This document shows, piece after piece, positions 1-64,000 of a DNA stretch of 64,000 nucleotides (its first letter is position 1; every line of letters begins with the position of its first letter). Position numbers and translations under genes: made by a program. The notes beneath the pieces were generated by a model. The model did not search any database. It was not told the origin of the DNA and saw only the letters and a list, made by a program, of their open reading frames with translations. The stretch is taken from positions 17,591,875 to 17,655,874 of the forward strand of contig OZ037768.1 of assembly GCA_964035545.1 (NCBI GenBank). Direction: 5' to 3'. This DNA comes from Bugula neritina (taxonomy: Eukaryota; Animalia; Bryozoa).

Positions 1-1015
1 TTGCTAACTTTATCTTCAAATATAATCTTCAAGTATACCAACGAATATCATACAATTTATTATGTTACCTCTTCATTCACCAGTTCACTGCTGTTTATGC
101 TGGACATGTTGAAAGACTGAGCAAATATCTTCTCAAAAGTCCCTTCTATTTCTGTTTCTCCAAAAAAGACGCTACTATAATAAGTGATCCAACGTTTCCC
201 AAGTCATAATTTGTACTGAATTTCGCATTATATGAAAACAGAGTCTAACAGCTGTTAAAATTGCAATTCATGATTACATGCACTATATACTAGTTTGGTG
301 CCACTGAAAAATCACATTGAAATATGTTTACATCTCTAAAGTAGTATCCTCATACACACTGTTCCGTGTGATGGGTGTATTTGCACAAGTCATGCTGTGG
401 TGAGAACGTCTGATAAGAAATTAATCTGATGTGTAAAAATTGACGTTGACTGTAGTAAAAGATAACACTGTCGCCTTCCCCATTGCTTTTGCTTTTCTTC
501 TTTCATGACTAATTTCACTTTTGTGCTAATTATTTTTAAACAAATAGATTTCATGATTAATATTTGCTTGAAAAAGTTATCTAGCTAATTCCAGCAATAA
601 TTAGCTTAGTATAGGGAACTTCACAGCATTCAGTACTATTTGATAGTGTGACTAGATGGAGTGTCATCATGCGATTAGTTTAGCAAACTCAGACTGCCAG
701 TATGTTATACATGGCAGGTTAACTGGGTTTTCAAGTATATGTCTGAATTTCTCAATAAGAAATGTTATCCTCTATACTAGTAGATAATTTGGAGTCACTT
801 GGTGGCTCAATATAACAAATATTTTGAGTTTGAAATATCCCTTGAAGTCTAAACTAGAACTTTATTGATGTGCAGTTCATAAAACATAACTTAAGCTATA
901 CATGCAACCTGTGTTACATGCTGATTGTGGAGTTTACCTGCCTATAAGTTTTTGCAATTGTATGGAGAAAGTAATTCCCGATATATGTTACTTTCATTTT
1001 CATATTTTGTTGAAG

Positions 1016-4000
1016 TTTTATGAGGAGCTGAGAAGTACAATACTGAAAGGCCATGATGAGCTGCTGGATGGGTTTTCAGCTTTCTTGCTACCCGCCCAGG
1101 CTCTTGCCTGTGGAGTCAAGTGCTATAAATCTTGCTTGCAGTTTCATCAGGCAAGAAAGTTTCTCAGGAAATTGGAGGTATAGTATAACACACATAGTAT
1201 AGTATAATACTATGTGTATTTTGTTACATCAAATTAATTGAAATACTGTTTTATCAAAATATTAAACAATTTACTGAGAGTTAATTTTGTAAAATTAATT
1301 TCATTCTTAATTTTTATTCGGAGTTCTAAGTTGCTTTTATTTTTTTTTAGTACGAAGTATAATCTACGTATTTCAATATACATGACTTGGCGTTTAAATG
1401 ACTATATAAGATTTATTTATTGAAATTTCGCTCTTAACTGAAAAAGTGGCTAAATAGATATTCTACTGTTTTGGTTGGCAGGTGTACTTCGGTGGAGCGA
1501 CTAAAACTTTTCAGAAATTAATCAAATTGCTTAGTTCCGGCAGCTCACAAAATGCTGCCTCTGTGACTATATCTGACATTCGAGATTCTATAACTGCTAT
1601 TCTCAAAGGACACCCTGCACTACTCAAAGATTTCACTAGTTTCTTCCCTGATGCCACTCCAGCTAAAAGGTAATGCTTTTCAATGTCAGTCAATTGTATG
1701 TAATGGTTTCTACCTATTGGTGAAGTTTTATATTTGTTATGCCATGTAATTTCTTTAGTTCGTTTTACTGGAATTACAGATGAATAAAAATAATTAATGT
1801 CAAACTTTGTTTCAAGTGGTACATTTACTGGCCAGTTATATGGTTCAATCATATTAATTTTGCAGATAGCCATCAAATTGCTGTGGTTTGATAACTCCCA
1901 CTTAGTAAATATAAAGGTCTATGTAACAAATGGAGTGAAAATATAGTAGTTTGTACATGGACATTAATAGGCTAGGTTTTATAAACAAAGCATCAACACT
2001 CAAATGAAGGAGTTTTTACAAATTTATTAGTTGGTTGTACATGTTTTTTGTACGTATATATGTGTTTTAGCCAATAGTCATGTATTTTCTTGTATGATTA
2101 GAATTTGACAGTTTTATGTGTGATGTGGTTATTTGGTCCAGATGTGAGGAAGATTATGAAGAAATGGATCTAACCGAATATGATGAAGACACTGTGATTG
2201 ACATGTTTGAAGAGGTAGGTCGACATTTCACTTTGATAATATTTTTTGCTGGTTTCTGTCACTGAGTTGTTCTCCATAGTTTTTATGATTCAATACATTA
2301 TAAAAACAAATTAAATGTTGGACAGCAATTTTATTCAGTTTTATGTGAAGTTACCACTGCTCTAACTGAACAGTGAAAAGGTGTAGGGTAGGTTCTCATT
2401 CTATATTAGATTTAAACAGCATTGCAATTTATTCAATTTTAAGTTGATACTTTGTGGAGTTTTCTTACCTTTTTGTGTACCAAATTTGAAATTTGAGGGT
2501 ATTAAATTTGGTTTCTTAGTTTATGCGTTACACCTTGGCTTAATAGCTGGAAAGATTTGACAGCATTTTTAAATTTTTCCTAGGTGTTTTGTCTACAAGT
2601 GTTTGCAACTGCCGAAATGTCCTTGGTGGATAGAAAGATTTATTAAAAGCATTTTCAATTCTTCCCAGGTTTGTTGTCTACAAATATTTGTAGCTGCTGA
2701 GATGTCTAAAAGTAAGGGTGTTTTAGATGGAGGTACCGGAAGTAGATGTGACTATTGCTACCCCTGATTGTAAATGTACTTGCCATTCTGATGAGAAGAA
2801 GCCCAAGGCATACAAACTCTGCACCATGCATTGTGTGAACTGTAGAGTAACTGTAAGTAAATTGAATTTGCTGTCTGGTTTGTTAGTTTACTTCCATGCA
2901 TTCTTTAGCTCGTAATGTAATTAAATATTTCAAGTTATTTACATGTACTTACTTGTAATTGTAGTGTTGTATCTTTGACTTACCTGCCCAGTATTATGAA
3001 GTAGTTAATTTTACATGTCAGAATAGAGAGCTGTGTGTGGACAAAGAGGCTAAATGAGTGTTTATCTTCAATAATCATTTATAATATTCTACTATTACTG
3101 ACCACAGTACAATGCTTAGTTAGTAGTGAAACCTATTTTTTTGTTCTCTGCACCTTTTAATGCTAGGCTAGACTAAGTTACAAAGTATTGTGGCAGGTGT
3201 TACAAAACCGACTGCACATACATGCCGGACCTCGCAAGGGTCTCAGACCTGCCTATTACCGTTACCTAGATCCCCTGCCAAGTCAGCTGAAGAAGGAAGG
3301 GGATGATGACACTGAAGACTGTCATTCATCTCCTAATAACGGTAAGTTTTATAATTATATTTTAGTTTTGCTTTAGATGTTTGTTTTCTGTATTGTAGCA
3401 TACCCAAGACAATGTTTATTTAAGTTGATTGCATCATGTTGGCTCAACTCCAACTCAACAAAATGTGGCAATTTTGTGACCAGAATTCAATTATAAATGA
3501 ATAGGTGTACTCCTGTGAACGTAAGTTTCAGAATGAGCTTCTTTAGCCTACGCTGCTAAATTTATCTTTTTAACTTGTAAATCGTAATATGTAATGTATA
3601 TAATCTTTACTTTTACTTGCAGAGGCCATTACTCTTGGTACAGACACTAAGGAGCTCACACCACCCTTATCTCTCCCAAGTCAACCAGTCATAGCACCAT
3701 GGACAAGGTAATTCCTTTATTATAGAAACCTGATGTTATAAAATTGGCACCGTGTACTCAGTAGGCGATTTTGTAAATTCAAAGACTGTTACCATTACCA
3801 TTTACCACACCTTGTAAATACTTCAAATGATCTTTTATTTTAAATAATCCAACAGAGTTTTGGCGTTTTTTCCAATTTTGTTCATGCCTACTTATTATAG
3901 CCAAAATTTACACTGAATTTTGCTACTTGTTTTCATGTCTGTGATGTGTAATAAATCAATCAATCAACTCATAGCTTTGTGAATATTTAAAGTTAACTGT

Positions 4001-4677
4001 TCCTAACCAAGAATACTTGTAAACCAAGCCTGTGCTGACATTTGCATGACTTAGTTTCGACAAATTGCTTTGCTTTATCAGATTAGTTTGTAACAAAATG
4101 TCAGTTTAATTGAAAATAATCTATCTGAAAGAGCTACGAAAGAGAACTAACATATTTTATTCTATTAAAATTTGAAACATTGATGTATTAAGTTGCCATG
4201 AGGCTTCGTGAAGTTTTATATAGCTGATGCTTACATTTTCCATGTATGGGATAATTCCATAATTTATATTTAAATACAATGTTGAAGTTGAGGAATAAAA
4301 ATCATGCAATATGGGGCTGGTATACTTTTAGAGCTGAGGACGAGATTCTTCTAAAGACTTTGAAAACTGAAGCTATGGAGTGTAGTGAAAGTTTTGCCCT
4401 GAATGATACAACAGTAACACAACTGGCTTCACAGTTACAAAATCGAGCAACTAATGAGGTAGGCAACAATTATGAAAGATAATTTAGTTTCTGTTTGCAA
4501 TATAACCAATCTTATTTCAAATCTGTAGCTAGCACAACGAATTAAAAAACCCAATGTTTACTGAAGTCCGATTCGTTAATGTATAATAATTTTATACAGA
4601 TAAAGCAAAGACTGGAAACTTTGCTGCAATTACTCAGTCAAGATGTGGATGAAGAAACTTCACATTCTGGTTTATGA
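1016..4677 (+). CDS. GON4L: GON-4-like protein (GON4L/YARP/Mute family), 3' part; upstream exons lie before the window
   Basis: Phase-consistent GT-AG exons: 1016-1177, 1482-1669, 2142-2214, 2727-2852, 3197-3341, 3623-3707, 4332-4458, 4600-4677 (TGA). Translation gives two PAH-like segments (LLDGFSAFLLPAQALACG...ARKFLRKLE; ILKGHPALLKDFTSFF), an acidic EEDYEEMDLTEYDE...MFEE stretch, and a C-terminal Myb/SANT-like WTRAEDEILL...LQNRATNEIKQRLETLLQLL. These match the GON4L architecture as I recall it. Confidence 0.88.
2555..2706. repeat. Diverged tandem duplication (~83-bp period, 2 copies) in a GON4L intron
   Basis: GATTT..AGCATTTT..TTCCTAGGTGTTTTGTCTACAAGTGTTTGCAACTGCCGAAATGTC recurs as GATTT..AGCATTTTCAATTCTTCCCAGGTTTGTTGTCTACAAATATTTGTAGCTGCTGAGATGTC. 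Confidence 0.7.
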
Positions 4678-4886
4678 CAACCTCGTTAGACTTGAACAAA
4701 TAATTTTAGAACAAGTCATAGATTGTTTAAAAGCTGCCTAATGACAGCTCAAACTATATATGCTAAAAATAAATAAGAATTATTGCAGTTCACCAGTGCT
4801 TGAAAACAATATATTTTTTTAGTAATACTACCATACATATGTATATAAAGAGTATTTTTGTACAAACACATTAACTAATAAATACT

Positions 4887-7800
4887 CTAGACCACATGAC
4901 TTGTGCTGAGTTTCTCCATTACGTATTGAGACCTGTTTTGGGCTCCTTGAAATTCACTGTAGTTTATCTGAATAAACAAACAAAAACTTTATTGACACAA
5001 ATATTTTCGTCCATTTCTCTTTTCCATCTCCCACGAAATCTGTTTAATTAACAAATAGCTATTATATAACCTATATAACATAACCTTATATTTATGTAAA
5101 ATTCATACATATATCATGGCATTTACATAGTAACCAAAAACAACATAATCACACATTGAAGTGGACATACTTACAATAATTACAGTGAAACCCAATGCTT
5201 CTATTTGTGCAATGTGGGCTCTTTGTTCCCCACTTTGTTCGAGTGACACCTGCTTTTGTCGATTCCCTTTTTTGTGAAAAACCTTCAAGAATTCACTGTG
5301 AGGCTGTACTAAGATGGCCGCACTCTTCTGTGACTCACTCATGGTAGATAATACTACTTCTACAATAGCAGTCATTTTTTTCAAAACTAAATTATTTGTA
5401 GCTAAAAAAGCAGCTATACCTAGTAGAAGTTATCAGCACTTGTACAACCCACCTCGCAGCTAAAGATGAAATTACTCGTATTTCACAAAATTAAACTAGT
5501 AAAGCTATGATATGAGGTGAATTAACTTACCAGGTGCTGAACTGTGTGGAAGGAGTCGTCTGTGTTCGACCAAATACCTGGATGTAACAGCTGGCAAGGT
5601 GTGAATGCAATCCATCACTTCTTTGGCTATCTCCAAATAGAATGGTCTTGGTTGTTGCTGCTGTTTGGAGAAGTTCTAGTAACACAATTTGACAAGACAT
5701 GTATTGGTTTAGAATCCAGTAGAAAATGAATTGAATAATTAAATTTTTTACAATGCTTTACACACCATGCACACGCACACACACATATATATAAATAAAA
5801 TGTTTACTGATGTATTTTATGGCATGCAGTTTTATGTGTGCTATGTATAGATATATGTTAAACAGAGAGAAAAATTTCAAGTAAACAATTATAATATATA
5901 AATACCTCAATAATAGTTTTGTCAAGTTTAGGTCCAGCATATGAAGGAGAAAGCAAGGATACAGCACTGTCCAAGTACACCAGATTCTTCACACTGGTTA
6001 TTTGGAGGGACTTAGGAGAAGCTAAAACCATAGGATGATAGAACTCCCTTTCAATATTTATCTATACGTTTGCAGCAGCTTATTGTTGAAGATAAGTAGG
6101 AACTTATATGCTATACACTCTATAAAGTGAAAGGCAGCATGACTCATAGATCCACATGACTTAATCAACATCAACGCATTTTTTAAAAAACCTTTGTTTG
6201 TTAAAGTCTGAGTGGAGCACTTAATAACCAGCGGGTGTTGAAGCTTTAAATGTCGCAAGCAAATGGCAACACACACTAGCGTATTATTATATCATAAACC
6301 AACATTTCCTTTTGCAGCAATTTCAACTAAAGTACCATAAAAGTATTTATAAAAATTTTATCGTTAAAAAAGCCCACTTTCATTCTTCCTTCAAATATTG
6401 GCAGAGCTTTTATACCATTTCCTGAAAGCAAGTTTCATATTAATATAAGAGAAGACTCACATGTAGCCACCTGTTGGAACAGCAACTGGTAAAGTGAATG
6501 GGGAAACACGTTCACATAGGAAAGTCCTATCAGAGTAAGACACAGTGCCGCAGTATTACTTTCAAACTTTTTCAAACATTGTGGAGATAAAATCTGTTGA
6601 AGTAGAGGCTTGTACACTTGACTATCAGTGGAGCCGTAATTCCCAATTGTCATAATAGCTGAAGCAATCTTAAAAAAAAGTAGATGAGTTCATATAGCAA
6701 CAGCATAATTTTCAAAACGATTACAATTTTTGACTGAAAATCCACTGATTCAAGCTTCAAGATAGGTGGTAATGCAAAAAAATCAATGTGGCTAAAATGT
6801 AGAAGTGAAAAACTAAGATGTACTTCTACAAGTAAAAACATCTCCAAAATCTGCACACCACAGACCAGTAGTCACTTGAAGATACTGACATTAAATGACT
6901 AATATAAAGACCTATAAGTACCGTTGATGTAGGACAATTTTTCCAGTTGGCGGTTTTCAAATATTCTAGATACCACTCTGCCAAGCCAAAATCTATGTGT
7001 CTAGATTTCATCATTTGAGAAAATAATGCTACACTTTTGGTGGTAGACAACTTGCACACCTTGGGCAGAATAGCTTCCATGCTGGATAAGTACTTGTGAA
7101 CTACGTATGGGTACGATTCAAGCTCTTGTCTCACAACGGAAGCAGAAGCTTGATCTAAGCATAGGCTTAAAGCCAAAGAAAGCTCCGATTCCTGATAATG
7201 TTTCATGTGATGAACAAGAACCTCCCACATAAGTGATACGAGAGATCTTTTCAAATGAGCGAACCCACCGTTGATTGTAGAAAAGGCTCGGCAAACGAGA
7301 GCAAGCACGTTGATGTCTTGAAACATAGTAGAAGAGTTACTAATAGTTGTGTCAGTAAGAATCGATTTTATAGTCTGGAAATCTCTGGCATCCAATGATG
7401 TGTGTATCAGATTAGTGAAAGGGGGAAGTAACACTGACAGAGCCATTAAGTCAGCAACAGTGGCACTTTTTGGGAGCGTGTTCAATAAAACTTGCTTCAA
7501 CAGCTCTGAATTGCTATCACCATACCGCAGTTTCATGTGGAAATATAGACAGCATGTCCCAAAGTCAATGTTTTGAACGTTACGAATAATCAGCTGATCC
7601 AAAGGAGCCAATATACTATCATGATAGCTGGGTGCACCGAGATACCAGCCCTGGTAGAACAAAGTTCGAAGTAGCAAACTTAATTGAACATTGTTAAACT
7701 GTGTTTGCAATTGCTTCAAAGAGAAATCCAATTGTTGATTAAACGTCAGATTACCAACTAGAGTACTGGAAGATTTCAACTGTTCGGTCACATAGGTTCT

Positions 7801-8115
7801 TTGAGCTTTCCCAGTTGGGATTTGAACTGCCAAATTACCTATTAGGTCTAAATTGTCAGATGCAAGTGCGCTTTTCATATTGTCTACTATTGATTTTAGC
7901 TGCTGATTTTCTACCGTATGTGGTCCTTGTTCGAATACATGAGACCCATATACTTGATACTTTGTCAAGACTTTATCTATAAGCCCGGCATCCCTCGGTT
8001 TAAAAAAATTATTTGACTGCAGCTGGCTGGCAGCATGAGTGAGCCTTGTTTCCTTAGTTGTTGGCACATTTAGAATTTTTCTGAAGAGTTTAGCACTTCT
8101 CATCGCTTTATACAT
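4887..8115 (-). CDS. FAST kinase domain-containing mitochondrial RNA-binding protein (FASTKD family, FAST_1/FAST_2/RAP), ~683-697 aa
   Basis: Exons (minus): 8115-6866, 6791-6725, 6668-6461, 6021-5906, 5675-5531, 5359 (or 5401)-5175, 4967-4887 (TAG); all phases are compatible. The basic N-terminus MYKAMRSAKLFRKILN resembles a mitochondrial targeting peptide. LIGLSYVNVFP is FAST_1-like, LVYLDSAVSLLSPSYAGPKL is FAST_2-like, and GEQRAHIAQIEALGFTVII|INYSEF..YVMEKL is RAP-like. The paralog cannot be assigned by eye. Confidence 0.8.
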
Positions 8116-9144
8116 TACACTTCTACAAATAGTTTTGTATATACATAAAATAATTTGAAGATGAACTTGAAATAATGTGTCATCATAAAAAATCATTGAA
8201 GATACATTTTGAAACATTAAAGCTATGAGGTAGCAGTACAAATAGCAAAGGCACTTAAAAGCTCCAGAAGCATGTTTTAACTTCGTTGTTTACAATTTTT
8301 GTCCCACATTAAATTACTAATGATTAGAATTATACTTAAACTATAAACAGTATCATATATAGTAGCATATATATTAAAAAACCATAGATTGAAACAAGTA
8401 AAACCAAAAGGTACAAAAAAATATGTTGACTGTTTTTTAGTATTTTCTCTAATTTTTCCTAACAAGTGAGCCATAAATTAATGTCAGAATAAATATTACA
8501 CAAATACGAGTATGCAATGTAATCATTTGAAAGTATGTCCATATAAAATGTTGATAGACTAAAAATGACAAGATCATAATATGGCAGAAAGAAGGTGCCA
8601 AGATTTGAAAGCAATATAATTACAATAAAGTTAACAGTTACACATACAAGCCGTACTTGCTTTTGTACAAGTTTCACTGATTAACTACATTTAATAATTC
8701 TGTTCACCAAACGAGGCACGTCACTTACACTAATCTAGTGGTCTAACGTGATTGCATCTTCAAGTAAGTCAAGTAAGACTATTTCAAAAAGATTTCTAAT
8801 TCTAAACTTAAACTAGCAGTAGTTTTAACTGAAGGTTTAAGCTTAAGTTAAAATTTAAGCTTAAGTTAAAGTTTAAAAGATTTAAATTTAAATTATGATT
8901 ATGATTATCACTAACAATAGGTGAACAACTCTAAGTCTCTTACTTTAAAATTAGGATTTGCCTTTACCTTTGGTTTTGCCCTGAAACACTCAAACTGAAA
9001 GTCAAAGTAAAATCAAAACTATGTCTATTGTAATTGTTTTCGAATAGACACTAAACTAGCTTGAAAATGTATTATCTATTTCTAATGATGACTAATTTAG
9101 TTACCCCAGAATCACACTGTCTATGCTGCTACTACTACTAGTGC

Positions 9145-9145
<1 letters not shown>

Positions 9146-9177
<32 letters not shown>

Positions 9178-9205
9178 CAGTAGTAGTAGTAGTAGTAGTA
9201 GTAGT
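9146..9205. repeat. (TAG/AGT)n microsatellite
   Basis: About 20 TAG units with one interruption. Confidence 0.95.
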
Positions 9206-9246
9206 AATTTCAACTTTTTTTAGTAATACTAATACCAAGAAGTTGC

Positions 9247-9457
9247 CACTGAATTGTTTTATAAGCAGCTCCAAATTGGGAGTGATTGAACGCAGTAGTT
9301 GAGAGTTCTGGAGTTTGAAACTCGGTTTCCAACACTGAACTATAAAAGTTTTTTGAGTGCGATGGTTTTTAAACTAAAACCCAACTTCAAGAAAGAGAAC
9401 CCAAACTACTGCACTTAATCACCCTCAACTGAAAGCTGCTTATAAAACTATTCAGTG
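9247..9457. mobile_element. MITE-like element with ~60-bp imperfect terminal inverted repeats
   Basis: Left arm CACTGAATTGTTTTATAAGCAGCT...GTGATTGAACGCAGTAGTTGAGAGTTCT versus reverse complement of right arm CACTGAATAGTTTTATAAGCAGCT...GTGATTAAGTGCAGTAGTTTGGGTTCT; non-coding. Confidence 0.7.
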
Positions 9458-11309
9458 CAAATTTAACTTGAACAATATTTCTAAATGGAATTGTTTTAAT
9501 TTAGACTGTATTCAATAATGAGTTGTGTACTCAATTTTTGGGTCGTAAGACTTTCCCGCAATGGCACATCTAGTTTTATTTGAGAACTAACACTATACAT
9601 TATCTGCAACGCGCAGCACTGATACGTCGTATTTTATATAATTACTTTGCAAAATATATCTGACTAGAAGTTAGTGACCGCAATGCTTTACAAACCTTAA
9701 TGATTCAAGTAAGGCACTTTATTCATTTCCGTATTTGTCTAGATCTTGGCACAATTATAATCATTGTAATCGTTGGAGATAACTATAAGTAATTATTACT
9801 ATTAGTATTATACTTCCAAGGCGGTCTTACTGTTTTTTTTCACTGCTCATCACTACCATTAATATGCTTTTAGGCAAAGTTAGCTAAATTTTAAGAATTG
9901 ATTTTTATCAAGCTGAAAATGTGGTTACTGTGTGAAGGTTTTAAAGTCAAAAATATCTAATCGTCAAACTCAAAGTCAATGTGAATCAGAATGTGAGTTT
10001 GAAAATGAAATTGAATGACATACTGATAGACGATAGTGATAGTTATGCTGATGCTCATGCTTACAATCACTGTATTATATTGATACTAAATGTGATACCC
10101 ATACTGATACTGCCATAGTGATAGTGGCACTCATTCTCAGTCTCACTGACACTGATTCAGTGATACTCCTACTGATACTGATTGTGGGTGACCAACCTAT
10201 TTTTAAGCTGTAACTTAATCTTGAAGTTTAAAATCAAGAGGAATACATTGTTCAATAAATAAATATGAAGATGTTATGCCATATTAATAAAATTGCTTGT
10301 GAATATGTGCACAAGTACCTGTAGGGAAGTAGCATTTACATTTATTGTATTATAACTTTAATTTATAAGCATTATCTATAACTCAGTTAATATAAGTATA
10401 TGAATATAGCTATAAGTGTCAGTACATACTTCAAAGTTTGTTTTAAATATTGATATATTTATTGATGTTAAATTTAATACCAGTAAGGCTTTATAATTAT
10501 TGCTTATTCTACTTTCAGAACTTCAGGTATTTAGATATTTAAGCAGCTCATTATTAAGAACAGTATTTATAGTAACGGTAATACAATAGGGTAGCAGATG
10601 CCAAAAATATATTCTTTGATTTTTTTATTTTCAACGGACTTTTTTTATAAATTTATAGATTACAATGGATCATTTTTAAAGCTGATCCAGCAATTTATAG
10701 TATCTTTGTCTGACATAAAGTTTTTTGTAAGACTAGATTTCTACAGCTAGCCTCATTACTTATGATTTTTTGAGCAAAATAATGCCTAAAGTTTTTTTAA
10801 TAATGGAACCAACTATGACATAGCGTACCAACTTGGTACTATCAAATAATTGAAATATTCCTAAACATTTAAAGATTTTAATTTTTGTTTTAGTTTCAAG
10901 AAACACTATTTAGTTGTGTGATTTTATGTTATCAGTAGGTTTAGTTGTTTTATGATACCTCTGCTCATTACAAAAATGGGGAATAAAAATTGTGCAGTAG
11001 CATTTCTCAGATACCAAGTATACGCAGTTCAGTCTTTGAGCTAGAGTTAAAGTTTTTCATAAGATTCTATTGCTACCTGAAGATCTGTATATTTAAAAGA
11101 ATTGTATGGCCTTTTATTAACACTTTTATTTAGGTTAGAACTCAGAATCTAAAGCATGTGTTTCAGTATGCATGCAATATTTATTTTTATTGTCAGGTTT
11201 TTTATTTAATAAATACCTTTATTCTTAATTTTTGTAGTTATGTTCTAAGAACACTCGTAGTGATTGATGTTTTTCATCAACATCCATAACTGGCTGTGAA
11301 AAGTGGAAG

Positions 11310-64000
<52,691 letters not shown>

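Noticed and set aside
6370-6440. In-frame TGA at 6435 followed by an open frame (selenocysteine or readthrough in FASTKD)
   Set aside because: Lies within intron 6460-6022; splicing to 6021 restores the FAST_2-like sequence.
6826-8241. 471-aa ORF as a single-exon or frameshifted pseudogene
   Set aside because: The apparent frame changes are explained by 74-nt and 56-nt GT-AG introns. Codons upstream of 8115 lie mostly 5' of an acceptor at 8123.

Overview
AT-rich, intron-rich animal (invertebrate) genomic DNA; no prokaryotic features. By hand-splicing GT-AG introns I reconstruct four protein-coding genes. (1) The 3' part of GON4L/YARP (PAH-like and C-terminal Myb/SANT-like domains) on +, stop at 4677. 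(2) A convergent FAST-kinase-domain (FASTKD; FAST_1/FAST_2/RAP) gene on -, 8115-4887. (3) unc-80 (NALCN channelosome subunit) on +, from ATG 11310 to beyond the window end, with about 61 phase-consistent exons (~2,890 aa so far). (4) A two-exon, stand-alone NHL-repeat gene nested antisense in an unc-80 intron (49985-48293), ending in PTAPPMY, an overlapping PTAP/PPxY late-domain-like motif. The introns also hold several frame-preserving micro/cassette-exon candidates, MITE-like inverted-repeat elements, a tRNA-derived SINE, many exon-adjacent minisatellites (one built from MiT/TFE plus AP-1/ARE-like motifs), and drifting hexamer-periodic tracts near gene 5' ends. Gene identities come from recalled family motifs, not database searches; all exon models need RNA-seq confirmation.
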